Program-made: the position numbers and the translations under genes
Source of the DNA: the human T2T-CHM13v2.0 reference genome, Homo sapiens
NCBI RefSeq assembly: GCF_009914755.1
Contig: NC_060939.1
DNA: 64,000 nt
Strand: one strand, 5' to 3'
Shown: positions 1 to 14,276 of the stretch, piece by piece
How the letters are laid out: every line of letters starts with the position of its first letter
Numbering within the stretch: position 1 is the first letter of the stretch
The notes under the pieces: model-generated
Told to the model about the DNA's origin: nothing
What the model saw: only the letters and a program-made list of their open reading frames with translations
The model's database searches: none

Positions 1-13
1 CAGCTGCACTTTT

Positions 14-175
14 AATCTATTCATTCAACAAAGGTCTGGGAGCATCTATGTACTCCAAGTGCCATGTAGAGGCCGGGGATTCAGTGAGCCACACAGAGAC
101 GGTTCTTGCCCCCACAGAGCTTACAGGCACGCGGAGGAAACAGACAAAAACCAAGCAAATCTACAAATTGCATAA
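14..175 (-). mobile_element. LINE-2 3' fragment (ancient)
   Basis: attcattcaacaaa...ggggattcagtgag...gcccccacagagcttaca resembles the antisense L2 3' end; boundaries approximate. Confidence 0.5.
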
Positions 176-258
176 TTTAAAAATTTGGTAAGAGCCAGGA
201 AGAAAGGGCGTTAGTCAAAGGAAGGACATGGCTTAGTATATAAGTTAAGAAATGTCCA

Positions 259-585
<327 letters not shown>

Positions 586-861
586 AAGAAGTGTCCAGTG
601 GCTTTGGGTCAGCATCGGTGAAAGTGGGGAGAGCAATAAAGAAGCAATTGCAACCTTTTAGGTGAGAAATGACCGTGACCTGGACTTGGGGATGGGCCGC
701 GAAGAGTCAGGATGGACTCAAGACAGCTACTGGACTGCCACTGGCCGCGACACTTTGGAGAAACTCTAGCAGTTAGTTCTTCCGACACAGTTCCTACAGG
801 TGACGGGATAAAAATAGAAGACAGCAGGGGAAATGATGAGGAGACCTGGAGCACTTTAGTT

Positions 862-1230
862 ACGATTCAACTCAGCCTGTGCTAGGGCCACAGGGACTCA
901 AAGAGGAGGAAGGAGACACTTTCTCCATGCAAGGAGTCTACATTTCATTGAAGAAGATGTGTCCAGCATACATGTAACTACAATAAAGGAAAAATATGAC
1001 AAGAATAATAGAAAAGGCAGAAGGCTCTGAGAAGGAGGCTTGAGGTCAGAGTAGGAATTCAACCAGAAGAGAGAAGGGTGGGAACTTCTGAGGGGAGGGA
1101 GGAGCAAGAGCAAACGTGTGAACATGGTGGTCTGTGGTATGTGCTCAGCTCCTGCTGGGCTCAAATGTTGCATGTGCACAGAGAACATTAGCTGGAGACC
1201 ATCAGGCTGGCACTGAACACCAGGGGCAGG
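862..1230 (-). mobile_element. LINE-2 fragment (ancient)
   Basis: Degenerate antisense L2 motifs (ctgtgctagg, gagtaggaattcaaccag, gggaggagcaagagcaaa). Confidence 0.45.
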
Positions 1231-1510
1231 AGTGGATGCTTGCTACTCAGCTGTGCACTCCTCTCATGTTCTTTTCTACATGTGTGCAATTGAATGTCTG
1301 TGTTATATGTGCGTATTAAAAGCGAACTCTCACCTTGAAATTCTTCTTAGTGGCAAGATTCTTTTCTCTAGATTGACAGTGCAGAGCTCACATAGTAATC
1401 ACTGCTGTTAAAATAGATATTTAGGACTATAGAGTTAAAGCTTAAATACCATTTAAGGGAAGCTGCTGTTATCTGAAATAATTTGTCTTTCTTATTGAAA
1501 AGAACCAATA

Positions 1511-1568
1511 CCCTCCCTCCCTCTTTCCCTCCTTCCCTCCCTTCCTTCCCTTTTTTCTTTCTTCCTTC
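1511..1568. repeat. CT-rich simple repeat
   Basis: (CCCT)n/(CCTT)n run. Confidence 0.85.
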
Positions 1569-2682
1569 GTTGGAAGAGTGGAAACATAACGAGGGGTTCT
1601 GGCTAGTGTCCTGAGGTGTTGGCTAGGTAAACTTTCTGGAGTTGCTCGTGCCAAGAGACCAGCACATACATTTCTCTAGGGGAAGTACATCCTAATTATT
1701 CCACAGACATCCATGGATCACTCTGGCTAGCAGAGTAGCACTGCAAAAATCATTACGATTTTTTTTTTTCAGAAAGTTGTTCTACTTTGGCTTAATGTCC
1801 ACATGACCAAGAATCACACTTTACAGTCTTTAAGGGCCTATCCCATGCTCAGCCACTTTCCTACAAAATCGTGGCGACGTGGAAAGGCAGATATGTGCAC
1901 CTGGGAGCTTCTAAGATCCTGTCTGCTCTGGCTGATGCAGTGACCAGAGTCACCAGAAACCCTCTGCTCCATCTGGGAGACCCAAGAGAGATCATCTGGA
2001 AGCTGGTATCTGGGGACACACTGCTACATTGTCCAGTCCAAAGTCCATCAGCTTTGTTTTCTTTCTCTGTCACACGAACAAGTAAAACAGAGTGTAGAAA
2101 CAAACACTGCAGGCAAGGTTACCTAGTCTCCTTGAAAAGGTTTCCTTCCTACTGGCTAACTTTCAACCTAAGGGAAAATGCAGCTCGATGCTCAACTGGT
2201 AGATTTTCTTTCACATTTTATTATACATGTGCATATAAAGGAATTTCTCTTACTATTGGTTTCTTCCTTCTCTGATCCTCTCTCCAAAGGCACCACATTT
2301 CTCCAGAGAGTGTGTCCCAAATGCCTCATGTCTACGGAGTTCTTTGCAAACATTAATAGACAAATGGTTAGTTTATATAAAGCACACATGTATTGCTCTG
2401 ACATAAGCAGTGAGGAGCCCACAGTTTACATTTTTCATCTTTCTTTTAAAAAGGAATGAGAAATCGTATTCCAGATGATCCAACCTATTACGCTACGAAG
2501 GGAAGAGTGGAGAGGGAACCAAGATTGAAAAGAGATTTAAATTTGGACCCTTTGTGAGCCAAGTGCAAATTGGTGTACAAGTTCACATTGATCTTTAGAA
2601 GGGAAAGCAGGTATTGAATTTGCTTTCCACCTTTAGCTCCATCCTTCTCTACCTTGAGAAGAAGCCCAAAATACTGAACTTA

Positions 2683-3502
<820 letters not shown>

Positions 3503-3734
3503 GCATATGGGTTTTCAATGGCCATGTGTTCAGCATTCTTTATGAGTAAACTCATGTGATATCGAAACCCATATTCCTCATATGTGTGTTCATATTTTAC
3601 ACAACCAAATGTTTTGACAATACCAACTGTCAAATTATTTAAGTCATTTCGCACTTAGGAATAGTTTTCTTTCATGAAAAAATAGTGGTATTTGAATACC
3701 AGTTCTAACAGTGTATGGTGTAGACTCTTGTTCA

Positions 3735-3962
3735 CAGTATAGAGGGTAGAAGCTCAGTGTATGGGGCTCAGGGGTCAGCAGCTGTCACTGCTTCATATAG
3801 CTGTGTGCCCTTGAGACAGTCATACAACCTCTCTAGACATCAGCTTTCTCATCTTTAAAACAGAACAAACAATAGTAGCAATTTCGTAAGAGTGTTAAGG
3901 TAATTAAATTAGATAATGCATATAAAGCCTCGTGTTTGGTACACATTAAGTAATTAATAAAA
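3735..3962 (+). mobile_element. MIR
   Basis: MIR core: gctgtgtgcccttgag...cctctct...cagctttctcatctttaaaa...taatgcatataaagc. Confidence 0.7.
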
Positions 3963-3984
3963 GGCCACTTTAAGAAATGTATGT

Positions 3985-4425
3985 ATACACACACACACAC
4001 ACACATACACACACACATTGTTAATCCTATAAGAAAAAATAAAGTGTTATAGTATGTTATTCATACAAGAGAATATTATACTACTCTTAAACTGATATTT
4101 TTGAAGAATTTTAATAATGTCCGCAAAAATAATCAAAATATTAGGTTAAATTTAAAAGTTAAATAAAGCATCTTATTATATACAGCATCTTCTCTCTCTC
4201 TCTCTCTTTCTCTCACATACACATGCACACACATACACATGCACACACACATATACACACACTATATAATTAGAAGGAAATCCATATATGTACATATATA
4301 TACAGTGTGTGTGAGCAAACAGTGGTTATTTGGGGATTGTGAGATTACGGCATACTTTTATTTTCTTTGTATTTTTCTCTATTTCCAAGTTTTCTGTGAT
4401 GAGTTTGTAATATTTTTACAATAAC
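3985..4425 (+). mobile_element. Old L1 (L1ME-like) 3' fragment with (CA)n/(CT)n microsatellites
   Basis: aaacagtggttatttggggatt...ttttctttgtatttttct typical of L1ME 3' ends; CA runs at 3985-4017 and about 4215-4262. Confidence 0.5.
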
Positions 4426-5321
4426 TTCATGTTATAAAATATTTTATAAGATGTAATGAATCAGTCCAAGTGACATATTAGGAGAGCGGCAGCAAGAGCA
4501 AAATCACACGTATACTTCCATGCCTTCAAAAAAGGACACAAGAGTGAAAACGTGAATCCTAAAATGACTTCTGGTAAATAGCAGAGACATCAAGGAAACA
4601 AAGACTGGGAAGGGACTAAATAAGCCAAAAGTCAAAAAAAAAAAAAAAAAAAAAAGTGAGGAGCAGGATAGCCAGAGACAGCGGGGTAAAACCTTGCAAC
4701 CTTCAGTTTAATAGGTACTTTCAACAGATCTTCCCCAAGGCACTAGCATTTTAAAATTGCATTAAAATGAGCTTTTTTCAAAGAGAAACCCTCCACCAAA
4801 AAAAATTTAGAAAATGAAGAACACAAGCTATAAGGGAAAACACAAAATTATTAACTGAATAAAGTCCCATCACATTTTTTTCCCAAGAGTGAGGTCACAT
4901 CAAAGAGCTCAAAACAAATACATTCGGTATAAACCTTTCAAACGTAACAGGTTACCCTGTCTGCAGACAAAGGAAGGAGCCTTGTTTCACACAGACTCTG
5001 TTACATTTAGGCACTGGGTATGTGAATTTTGGCTAAGAAATACATTGCTGTCTCTGTCTTTCTGTCTTGTTTCACTCCCCAGTCTCTTGGATGGGAGTTT
5101 CAGCCTGTCTGACTACACATTTGGGCATCTTCTGGTCTCTTATTCTTAGCTTCTATCACTGCAGTGGAACCATTCTGAGAAGGGTAACTTTAGGTTAGCA
5201 TGATTCTTGTAGTGCAGGCAAAAAAGAGCCAGAAGTGTTTGGTAAAACTGTTTACTGGTTTTACAAAAAAAAAAAAAAAAAAAAAAAAGTTGTTGTGCCA
5301 TTTACTGGAAGGTATCACTCA

Positions 5322-5462
5322 TTTTCTTTCCTGTCTTCCTCCTTCCCTTTCTCTCCCTTCTTTCCTTCCTTCCTCCCTCCATCCCTCTCTTTATCTCTTC
5401 CTCTATCTCTTTCTTTTCCCCTTATTTTCTTCTCCTCTCTTCCTCCCTTCCTTCCTTCTCCC
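5322..5462. repeat. CT-rich low-complexity tract
   Basis: Polypyrimidine run. Confidence 0.85.
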
Positions 5463-5552
5463 TGTGCAAGTACTCATTTCATAGCTTTGTCAAGCATTTG
5501 CCGTGTGCCACCCCTGCGTTACCCAGAGTGAATATAAAGATACATAAGACCC

Positions 5553-5904
<352 letters not shown>

Positions 5905-5944
5905 TTATTGTGTTAGCTCCCAGTTGAACTCTAGTATCTATGCA

Positions 5945-6165
5945 GACACTGATGTTTATTAGGTGCCTGGCACTTTCACAGAGCTTGTTTTACTTAATTC
6001 CAGCATCTACCCAGAAGTGGGTGTTATCACCATTCCTATAATACAGATGGTTGAATTTCAGCCCAGAGGCTTTAAATACCTAATTGAGACATTCAGCTTC
6101 TAAGGGGAAGTATCAGGAATTTACTCTGACTTTCCTGACTCCGAGTTCCGTGCTTTTTCCCACTG
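5945..6165 (-). mobile_element. MIR
   Basis: atttattaggtgcc...ttatcaccatt...acagatgg...gcccagag...tctgactccgag. Confidence 0.55.
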
Positions 6166-6559
6166 TGCCAGAACTATTGACTGTGAAGGATTATGTTCAC
6201 AGTTTGAAGCCTTCACCTTTTGATACTGCACTGCACGTGGAGTATATGCAATAAATATGTGCATGAAATAGGGCAAGAATTGTATTACAATGGTCCTGAA
6301 TAACTCATTCCATATACCTGTATTTGGCAACATTGTCCAGAATTTTCACATGCACGTGCATTTTCCATACACAGGAAACTGGTTAGGCATACACCTCAGA
6401 CAGGTCAGCAGACATACACACTTACATAAGGGCTTGTTTGCATTCTGAAAGCATGCCTACTCAGATTGGAGCTTGTTACAAAGAACACATGGGAAGCAAA
6501 AATGTTCAGTTTACAAATGATGCTCAAAATCACTCTTGAAATCATAATAGAAACATCAC

Positions 6560-7620
6560 ATTTGTTTTAAATTTGAGGGTTTAAAACATTATCAACATGT
6601 AGAGAGAGTTATCTAGCAAACACATCCATGTACCCATCACCCAGAAATTCAAATTGTCCACATTTTGTCATATTTCTTTCAAGATTTTTTTTAAGACATA
6701 AGATTTTTAAATGGTTTGTAATGTTGAAATTTCTTTTGTCGTCCATGCCTGATCCACCTCCTCCCCTCCTCATTCTGGTGAACATCATTAAAGGTATGGA
6801 TTCCAAGTCACTATTTATCCATGCACATGACCATATGTTTCACAAGCAATTTATGCTATTTTTATATGTTTACTATAAAATACACATAATGGTATCATAC
6901 TACTTATATCATTCTGCAGCTTCCTTTTTTTTTTAAAAAAAAGCATCTCTATGTTTTGAGCTCTATGTTAAAATATAAAAATCTAATCAATTTCTTTTAT
7001 TAGCTATGTAGCATTTTGCCATATGAATAAAATAATTTCTTATGCCTTCTCCTATATTTGTTGATGGACATTAAGATTGTTACAAACAATACCTTGATAA
7101 ACATGCTTATACAAGTTTCTAGTCCTCATACACACGTTCAAATTTTTCTAAGGTGTTTACCTAGAAGTGTAATGTCTGGGTGGCATACTAAGTGCATGTT
7201 TAATATTAATGCAAATTGACAAATTACTTTCTGAAATGATGGTACTAATTTACCCTCTCACTAGCAATGCATTTGCTTGCTTGCTTCTCTCTACCTTTTC
7301 CATTGCTGGATATTGTCAGACTTTTAGATCTTTGGTAACTTTGTAGATAAGCAACAGTATCTTCTCATTTCAGTTTATATTTCTCTGATTTACTGGTGTA
7401 ATGTTGCATCTTTTTATATTTACTGGCTGTCCAGGTTTCTTTTTTGTGAATTACCTGCCCATGTGCTTTGGCCATGTGCAATTTTTTTTTCCTATTGGGT
7501 TATTTGTGGGGATTTTTTTCTTACTAACTTATAAGAAAAATTCATTCTGAATATGATCCATTTAACTGGTATTTGACTCTTGTAAATATGTTTTTACTTA
7601 ATCATTATCAAGTTTATAGG
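6560..7620 (-). mobile_element. Old L1 (L1ME-like) 3' portion
   Basis: Antisense L1 motifs (gttgatggacattaagattgt, acctagaagtg, aatttaccctctcactagcaatg). Confidence 0.65.
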
Positions 7621-8219
7621 TTAATACTTTTTTTCTTTAGAAAGGGCATACAAGGTCAGTTCCAACTGTGTAAAGGGCTTTATTCTTTTTTAATCCTATG
7701 CAAGACAGCATACGTAGTCTCTGCAATTGGATGAACAGCTGTAAATAGCTTTTGCAGATCTAAGTAAAAACTCTTCTCTAAAGGTCTTCAAAGTTATTCT
7801 CCAAACCTGGGGAGTAGCCCTCTTTTAGCTTCTTGGGGTTACAGAGAGGCTAGCACATTCCAAACACAGGTGGGCAAAAAAAGAGGAAATGGACTTTACT
7901 TTTACGAACCAGTGGCTGAGCAGAATCTACTCTTCTCACAACCTCAAAGTAGTTTGAAAGTACTTTCATTAAATAAAATTAATCATTTAGTGATCGTGGT
8001 TTAGGCATCATGGTTTAGGCATGACTACATCGAGTCATTCTACTTCTTCTCCCCTTACTAAAAGCAGGTTTTAGTTATGTAACCATGTTTAGAGCGGTCT
8101 AGGGAGTTTTTATCCTTATGCCTTCCTCCTGATTGGACAATGGTTTGCAAGAACTTGTTAGGAGCTGTGGAAACACAAATATTGGGCAAAAAACTTGTGT
8201 TTCTATATAAATATTTACA

Positions 8220-8470
8220 AACATACTAGACTATAAATTCTTTGAGGTGAGGGCCTGTGTTTATCCTATCCACGATGGTTATACCCTCAGCATTTGGTTC
8301 AGCTGACAATCTTAGTGGGAATGTGCTCAACATTCTCAATCCACAACTATTTATTGAATCTGAGTGCTGTGTTAGACAATCTATATTCTATGTGCTTCAT
8401 GTAATCAAAGTGACCTAGACAAAATCCCTGCCCTTATGAACCTTACATTCTAGTGGCAGGAAATACTATA
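8220..8470. mobile_element. LINE-2 3' fragments (both orientations)
   Basis: actagactataaattctttgaggtgaggg and tatttattgaatc...aaaatccctgcccttatgaaccttacattctagtgg. Confidence 0.55.
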
Positions 8471-10220
8471 ATGCCAGGGAGAAGGGAGAGAGAAATGAGA
8501 ATGAAGAAAAATGATGCAGTGATGCATAGCCCTCTCTATCTCTTTGGGATACAGAGAGGGGGCGTGTGTTGTGGGGAGGAGGTGGGGGCTCTATTATAAA
8601 AAATATGGCCTGAGAAACTGCATGAGGAAGAGTCATCATGATTTGATACATGGAGATAGAGAAAACCACAGTGTCAGGGCTCCAAAAAAAAAAAATCACT
8701 TCCATTTTGGGAGGTAATTTCAGCTTCTTTGTATTTGATTTGGGGCAGTATATAAGTCTTGGGAAAAAAAGAAGTGACTAAAGCTTTTATTTTAGATGAG
8801 GAGGACTTAATGAATTTGTAAAATATGCTCCCTTTTGTGGGGAGAAGTACAGCAGTTTGCACGTTGGGAGAACAGCTGGCTCCAATACAGCTTGGTGGTG
8901 GGCTTCGACTGAACTGGTCATCGCCTAAGTATTTTGTGTATTTCTGATTACCTATCTCTCCAGGAGCCCACGTGAGCAAGACAGGTCTTCAAGCTGGTTC
9001 AATGCTCCCATTCTGTAGGCAACTACAAACTGTGGCTCACTGCATGACTTAACAACAACTGATTGAGAATTGTAAAGTGCAGCCTCGAGTTCATGTGTAG
9101 AAACTGCCATCTGCACAAACAAAACATTGAGAGGACTAAGATTTTAAGGATACTAATGCAGACGTCCTTCTTGCTTCATTTATTTAAAAATATCTATTTC
9201 ACGTTCCTAACAGCATCTAGTAGATGTTTCTTGCTTCTTCCCCCTAACGCCGGACTAAAGAGAAAAAAAAAATAGGCTGTTTTCTGGTCTGGTTTTGTTT
9301 TCCTAGTCAAGTACTTAAATTACGGGTGTTTCGTAAGTATCTTTTGATGGATTTCATTGTTTTGTTTATTTCGCGTTAGACAATACAGACACCTTCATAT
9401 TTCCTTCTGTAGCAAATCTTTTTCAAAGTCTTCATTTGACGTGGCTGATGGAGCTGGTCTGCAGATCTTGCAGACGTGTTAATTTTTGCACGGACTTTAG
9501 CTTCAACACACAAAACTTACGGCCTCTTTGAGGAACCAATTTTTCAGGCTAAGAGAACAAATGAAAGTGTTCGCTCATCTTTCGAAAACTATTTATGTAC
9601 TTGGTATCCGGAATGTGACATTGGTTTTACACGTCGGTAGGTTTTTGTCCTAAATTTCTGGGAAGTTACTTCCTCATCTAACGTTTTATTTTCCTGACTT
9701 ATTCGTCTTTGATATGCTACAGAAAACCCCTCTCGCCCAGTGGCTGTTTTCTCTCTGTCTCTTAAGATAATTTAGGAACAGAAGCCTTGACTTTTGACGG
9801 TCATTTAGTTTTATTCTCCTCCCGTGACTCCCCTCTGTACACTCACAGGGGAGGCCGCCGGCATCTGGGCTGAAAGAACCCTTGGCGGGCGAGGAGAGCA
9901 GGGTGTCATGTTGGCGACAGGCTCCTGCTGGCGGCCAGCGAGCCCGCCAGGTTAACGGGGGCGCCGGGGTCAGCGCCCTCGAAGTTGGGGGCCTCGGGCG
10001 GGGCCGCCGGGGAGCCACGACGGCCGCTCGACCAGAGCATCCCGCAGTCCCGTTCCCTCCAGAGGGGAAGAATGGCCGAATCTGGCACGATCCCACGGAG
10101 ATCTCGCTCTTCCCAGCGCAGTCTCCGCTACTGAGCGCGGGACCAACGCAGGCGATGCCGGGCGGCCGACAGGGAAAGCCCAGACCTGGGGCAGAGAAGG
10201 AATGAGGGGCCGCCAGCCGG

Positions 10221-10230
10221 GGGGATTTCC
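10221..10230 (+). promoter_or_regulatory. NF-kB consensus site GGGGATTTCC
   Basis: Exact match to GGGRNNYYCC, about 300 bp upstream of the TSS; function untested. Confidence 0.45.
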
Positions 10231-10383
10231 TCCCGCTCTTCCCTCTCCAACGGGAGCGGAAAATGTGATTTGCTGTGCATTCCAGGCGCGGTTCCCTGGG
10301 GTGACCTCTCCCAGCCGGCCCGGGCGGGGGGAGCAGACAAAGAGGCGAGGCGGGCGGAGAGGGGACCCCGCGGGGAAGCAGGA

Positions 10384-10506
10384 GGGGTGCGGGGGGCGGG
10401 GGCAGTACCGGGAAAGGGGGCGGATAGCGGGTCTGGCGGCGGCGGCGGCGCCTGGCCAATGGAGAGGCGCGGCCCCGGGCGCCGCGCTCTGCCGCCGGCA
10501 TTTAAA
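10384..10506 (+). promoter_or_regulatory. GREM1: GREM1 core promoter: GC boxes/G-runs, CCAAT box (10456-10460), TATA-like ATTTAAA (10500-10506)
   Basis: Canonical spacing of about -70 and -30 from the inferred TSS at 10530. Confidence 0.8.
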
Positions 10507-10529
10507 CGGGAGACGGCGCGATGCCTGGC

Positions 10530-10687
10530 ACTCGGTGCGCCTTCCGCGGACCGGGCGACCCAGTGCACGGCCGCCGCGTCACTCTCGGTCCCGCTGACCC
10601 CGCGCCGAGCCCCGGCGGCTCTGGCCGCGGCCGCACTCAGCGCCACGCGTCGAAAGCGCAGGCCCCGAGGACCCGCCGCACTGACAG
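10530..10687 (+). other. GREM1: GREM1 exon 1 (5'UTR)
   Basis: Starts 30 nt after the TATA-like box and ends at the strong donor CAG|GTGAGC; matches my recollection of the GREM1 mRNA 5'UTR (...gcactgacag-tatgagc). Confidence 0.88.
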
Positions 10688-11462
10688 GTGAGCGCGGACG
10701 CACCCGGCAGGGATGTGAGTGGGCGGAGGGAAGAGGGCCGCAAACCAACCCAGGACCCGCTCAGTTCCACGCGCGGCAGCCCTCCGTGCGCGCAGGCTCG
10801 GGTGCGTTGTTCGCGGGGGTGAATTGTGAAGAACCATCGCGGGGTCCTTCCTGCTGAGGCCGCGGACACCGTGACCTCGCTGCTCTGGGTCTGCAGGGAA
10901 ACGTAGGAAAAAAAGTTGTCAGGAGCGGGCAGGATGACCCCCACATCCCGTTTCCACCTCCCGGAGGCCCCCGAACACGCTCCTGGTGCTGGTGGCAGCA
11001 GCGCCTGGCAGACGCGCCCGCTTAGCGAGGGCGCGAAGTCCAGGCCGCCAGAGCGCAGGAGCATCCGGACCTGCTAGTCGGCCGCTGACTGCGCGGCGAG
11101 TTGCCTTGAGAGGGTCCCATGTGCTTGGGGCGCCGCGCTGGGTCTGGGGGCGTCTTGGGGCGCCCATTGGAGTCCGCGGGTTGGAGCATCCGGAGAATCC
11201 ATGATGTGTGCATTTGCCGATCCCCGAGGTGAGATGGAGACTGGCAAGGGCAGAGCCGCTGTGTTCAGCCACAGCGGAAAACCGAACGGTGGGTAATCCG
11301 ACAGCTGCGGTGCGGGGCGCGGCCCTGGCCGCGGGGTCCAGCGAACCCGCAGTGCTCACAAGGCAGACACCACACGCGCTCGCGGACCGGCCACGCACTC
11401 GCGGGCGCTCGCTTCTCTACTCCAGCCTCTTCCCCGCCCCGCGCACGCCCGGGCTGAATGGT

Positions 11463-11477
11463 AGACGTTCTGGCGCC
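11463..11477 (-). promoter_or_regulatory. Candidate BMP-responsive Smad1/5-Smad4 composite element GGCGCC-N5-GTCT
   Basis: Plus strand AGAC-gttct-GGCGCC; exact 5-bp spacing. Confidence 0.5.
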
Positions 11478-12596
11478 GGGCAGCGGCCACCGGCTGGTTC
11501 CCACTTCCGCGCGCACCCCTTAAACTGTGTTCTAGAGGCCCCAGCCTCGCCTTGCAGCGCCTCACTAGCTCCTGAGGACTAGGGACTGGCGGCTGAGGCG
11601 GGTTGGCGGCTGCAACGAGCTGGGCGTCTTTCGTTCTCTCTCGCTGCCTGGCTGGCTCCGCTGGCCCCTCCACAGCTTGCGGAGCAAGGCCATAGCAGGG
11701 GAGTGGGAGGTATATTGGGGCTGTCACCTCCTTGCTGGCCGGAGTTATTTGTAGACTACAGACTCCGGAAGAACAGACGCGCCACCGCTCTCGCTTGGCA
11801 TTGCCTTCGGATCGCAGCTCCTCCTTGGGGGTGCCCCAGCTTGGCGTTTATTTGCCTGCGCCAGGCTCTGGCGACGGTCACCGGGCCAGGCGGGGAGGGA
11901 CGGACGGCAGGTGACCAGCCTCTGCTGTGAAGAAATTCCTGCGCGCCCGGAGCTGTCCCTAATGCATTCCCGGGTCGAATCCGTCTACTGCCTTCCCCTC
12001 CTCGACCGACTCCGAATCTCGGCTCTTATAGACAGAAATACAGCCTCAGCGTTAGGGGTTAAAATCCCCCTCTTAAACGGTCCGAGGGCAGAGAGGTGAC
12101 CACCGATAGGTAATTGGATCTCCTGCTGGAAAGAGCAAATCTGAGCGGTGTGCGCGTCTGTTTATGTTCCCCTTCGAGATGGTGCCAGGACACGAACTGA
12201 TTAAAACAATCTATTGTGTTAAGTGGGTCACTAGGGTTTTAAGCTGTCCCAGGGACCCCAGAGTAGTGGCTTCCTTCTGGCTGTACACACAAGTTAAATA
12301 AATAGCGTAGAAGAGGTTAAGATAACCCCATTCTAGGGTGAGGAGTCCTCTTTCATCCCTAGGGCTTCCCCCTCCCCTTTTCTCTTTTTTTGGAAGGAGG
12401 GGGAGCATGAGAGTCTTGAGGGGGGGATGTACTTTTCAAAGCAAGGAGGGAAAGATCTTAAGAAAACTATATATTCTCACTGCCCCCCAAGCCAAGTCTA
12501 TAACAGTAGGTGATTTGATTACTATCTCTGGATAAATGGCACTGTCAAATTGTTAATATTAACTATTTCAGGGATTTTTAGCAGGGTAGTGGCAGT

Positions 12597-12634
12597 ATGT
12601 GTGCGTGTGTGTGTGTGTGTCTGTGTGTGTGTGT
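12597..12634. repeat. (TG)n microsatellite
   Basis: Read directly. Confidence 0.9.
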
Positions 12635-13339
12635 TTAACCTCCAGGTCATTGTAGGAATTAGAGTCTTTTGTAAACTTTGTAATTTCACAGGTTTCCTAT
12701 TTTCTTAAAAGTTCATTTTTAGTGAAATGTTTTGGTAACCCACGCTCTGTAGGAAATCCAGGTTGGCTAATGCGGTCTTTATGTGAGTAGTTACACAGGG
12801 AAGGATAAAAACCTTTTATGTCCTACATCTCTGAATGAGGGCTGCCTACCCTGTCTTTGAAACTAAGCCGAAGATGCCTTCAGTCTGAATGGTCAAGTAT
12901 TAAAAGTGATAAAATGCAAAGAAATTTCATGCCGCAGACACCTCCCCCAAGAACTGCTTGTTGACAGCAAAGCTGTGGAACATGTTCCACAACAGAGAGT
13001 AAAGGACAGCCAGGAAATATAAACCTTTTATGTAAAGGAAAGGCAGGTGGGGGACAGTGGTTAGGGGAGGTGACTGCAGCCTCTAACCAAAAGGCAACCA
13101 TCAGGCAAGTGCTACCAGCCCGTGTCTTCGATCTGCAAGGAATTTTCTTTAGTTTTAACATATGCTCTTAGAAATTCAAAGTACAACAGGAATTCCTGGG
13201 ACAAGAGAAATCTTTTTATTCACATGTGAACATGAAGATACAAAATAGATAATTATTTTATTTATAGCACTCTTCAAATTGTATTGCATTAGAAAACATA
13301 TCCATTGACCCACTGTTAAGGACAGCACTGGGTGTCAAT

Positions 13340-13920
<581 letters not shown>

Positions 13921-13998
13921 TGGTGTTAGGAAAAGTAGCAATGTTATACAGAACCAGGATATATCACAGGGCAGTTCTGAAATTAAATCCTGAATCCT

Positions 13999-14276
<278 letters not shown>

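Larger units (their letters stand above)
9850..12200. promoter_or_regulatory. GREM1: CpG island spanning the GREM1 promoter, exon 1 and proximal intron
   Basis: Very high GC and CpG density compared with CpG-depleted flanks. Confidence 0.95.

Noticed and set aside
9686-12099. Many long overlapping ORFs (up to 271 aa) on both strands
   Set aside because: Expected from stop-codon scarcity in a CpG island; Pro/Arg/Ala/Gly-rich with no recognisable domain
12098-12106. GLI-like site GACCACCGA
   Set aside because: One mismatch to GACCACCCA and a single copy; expected by chance
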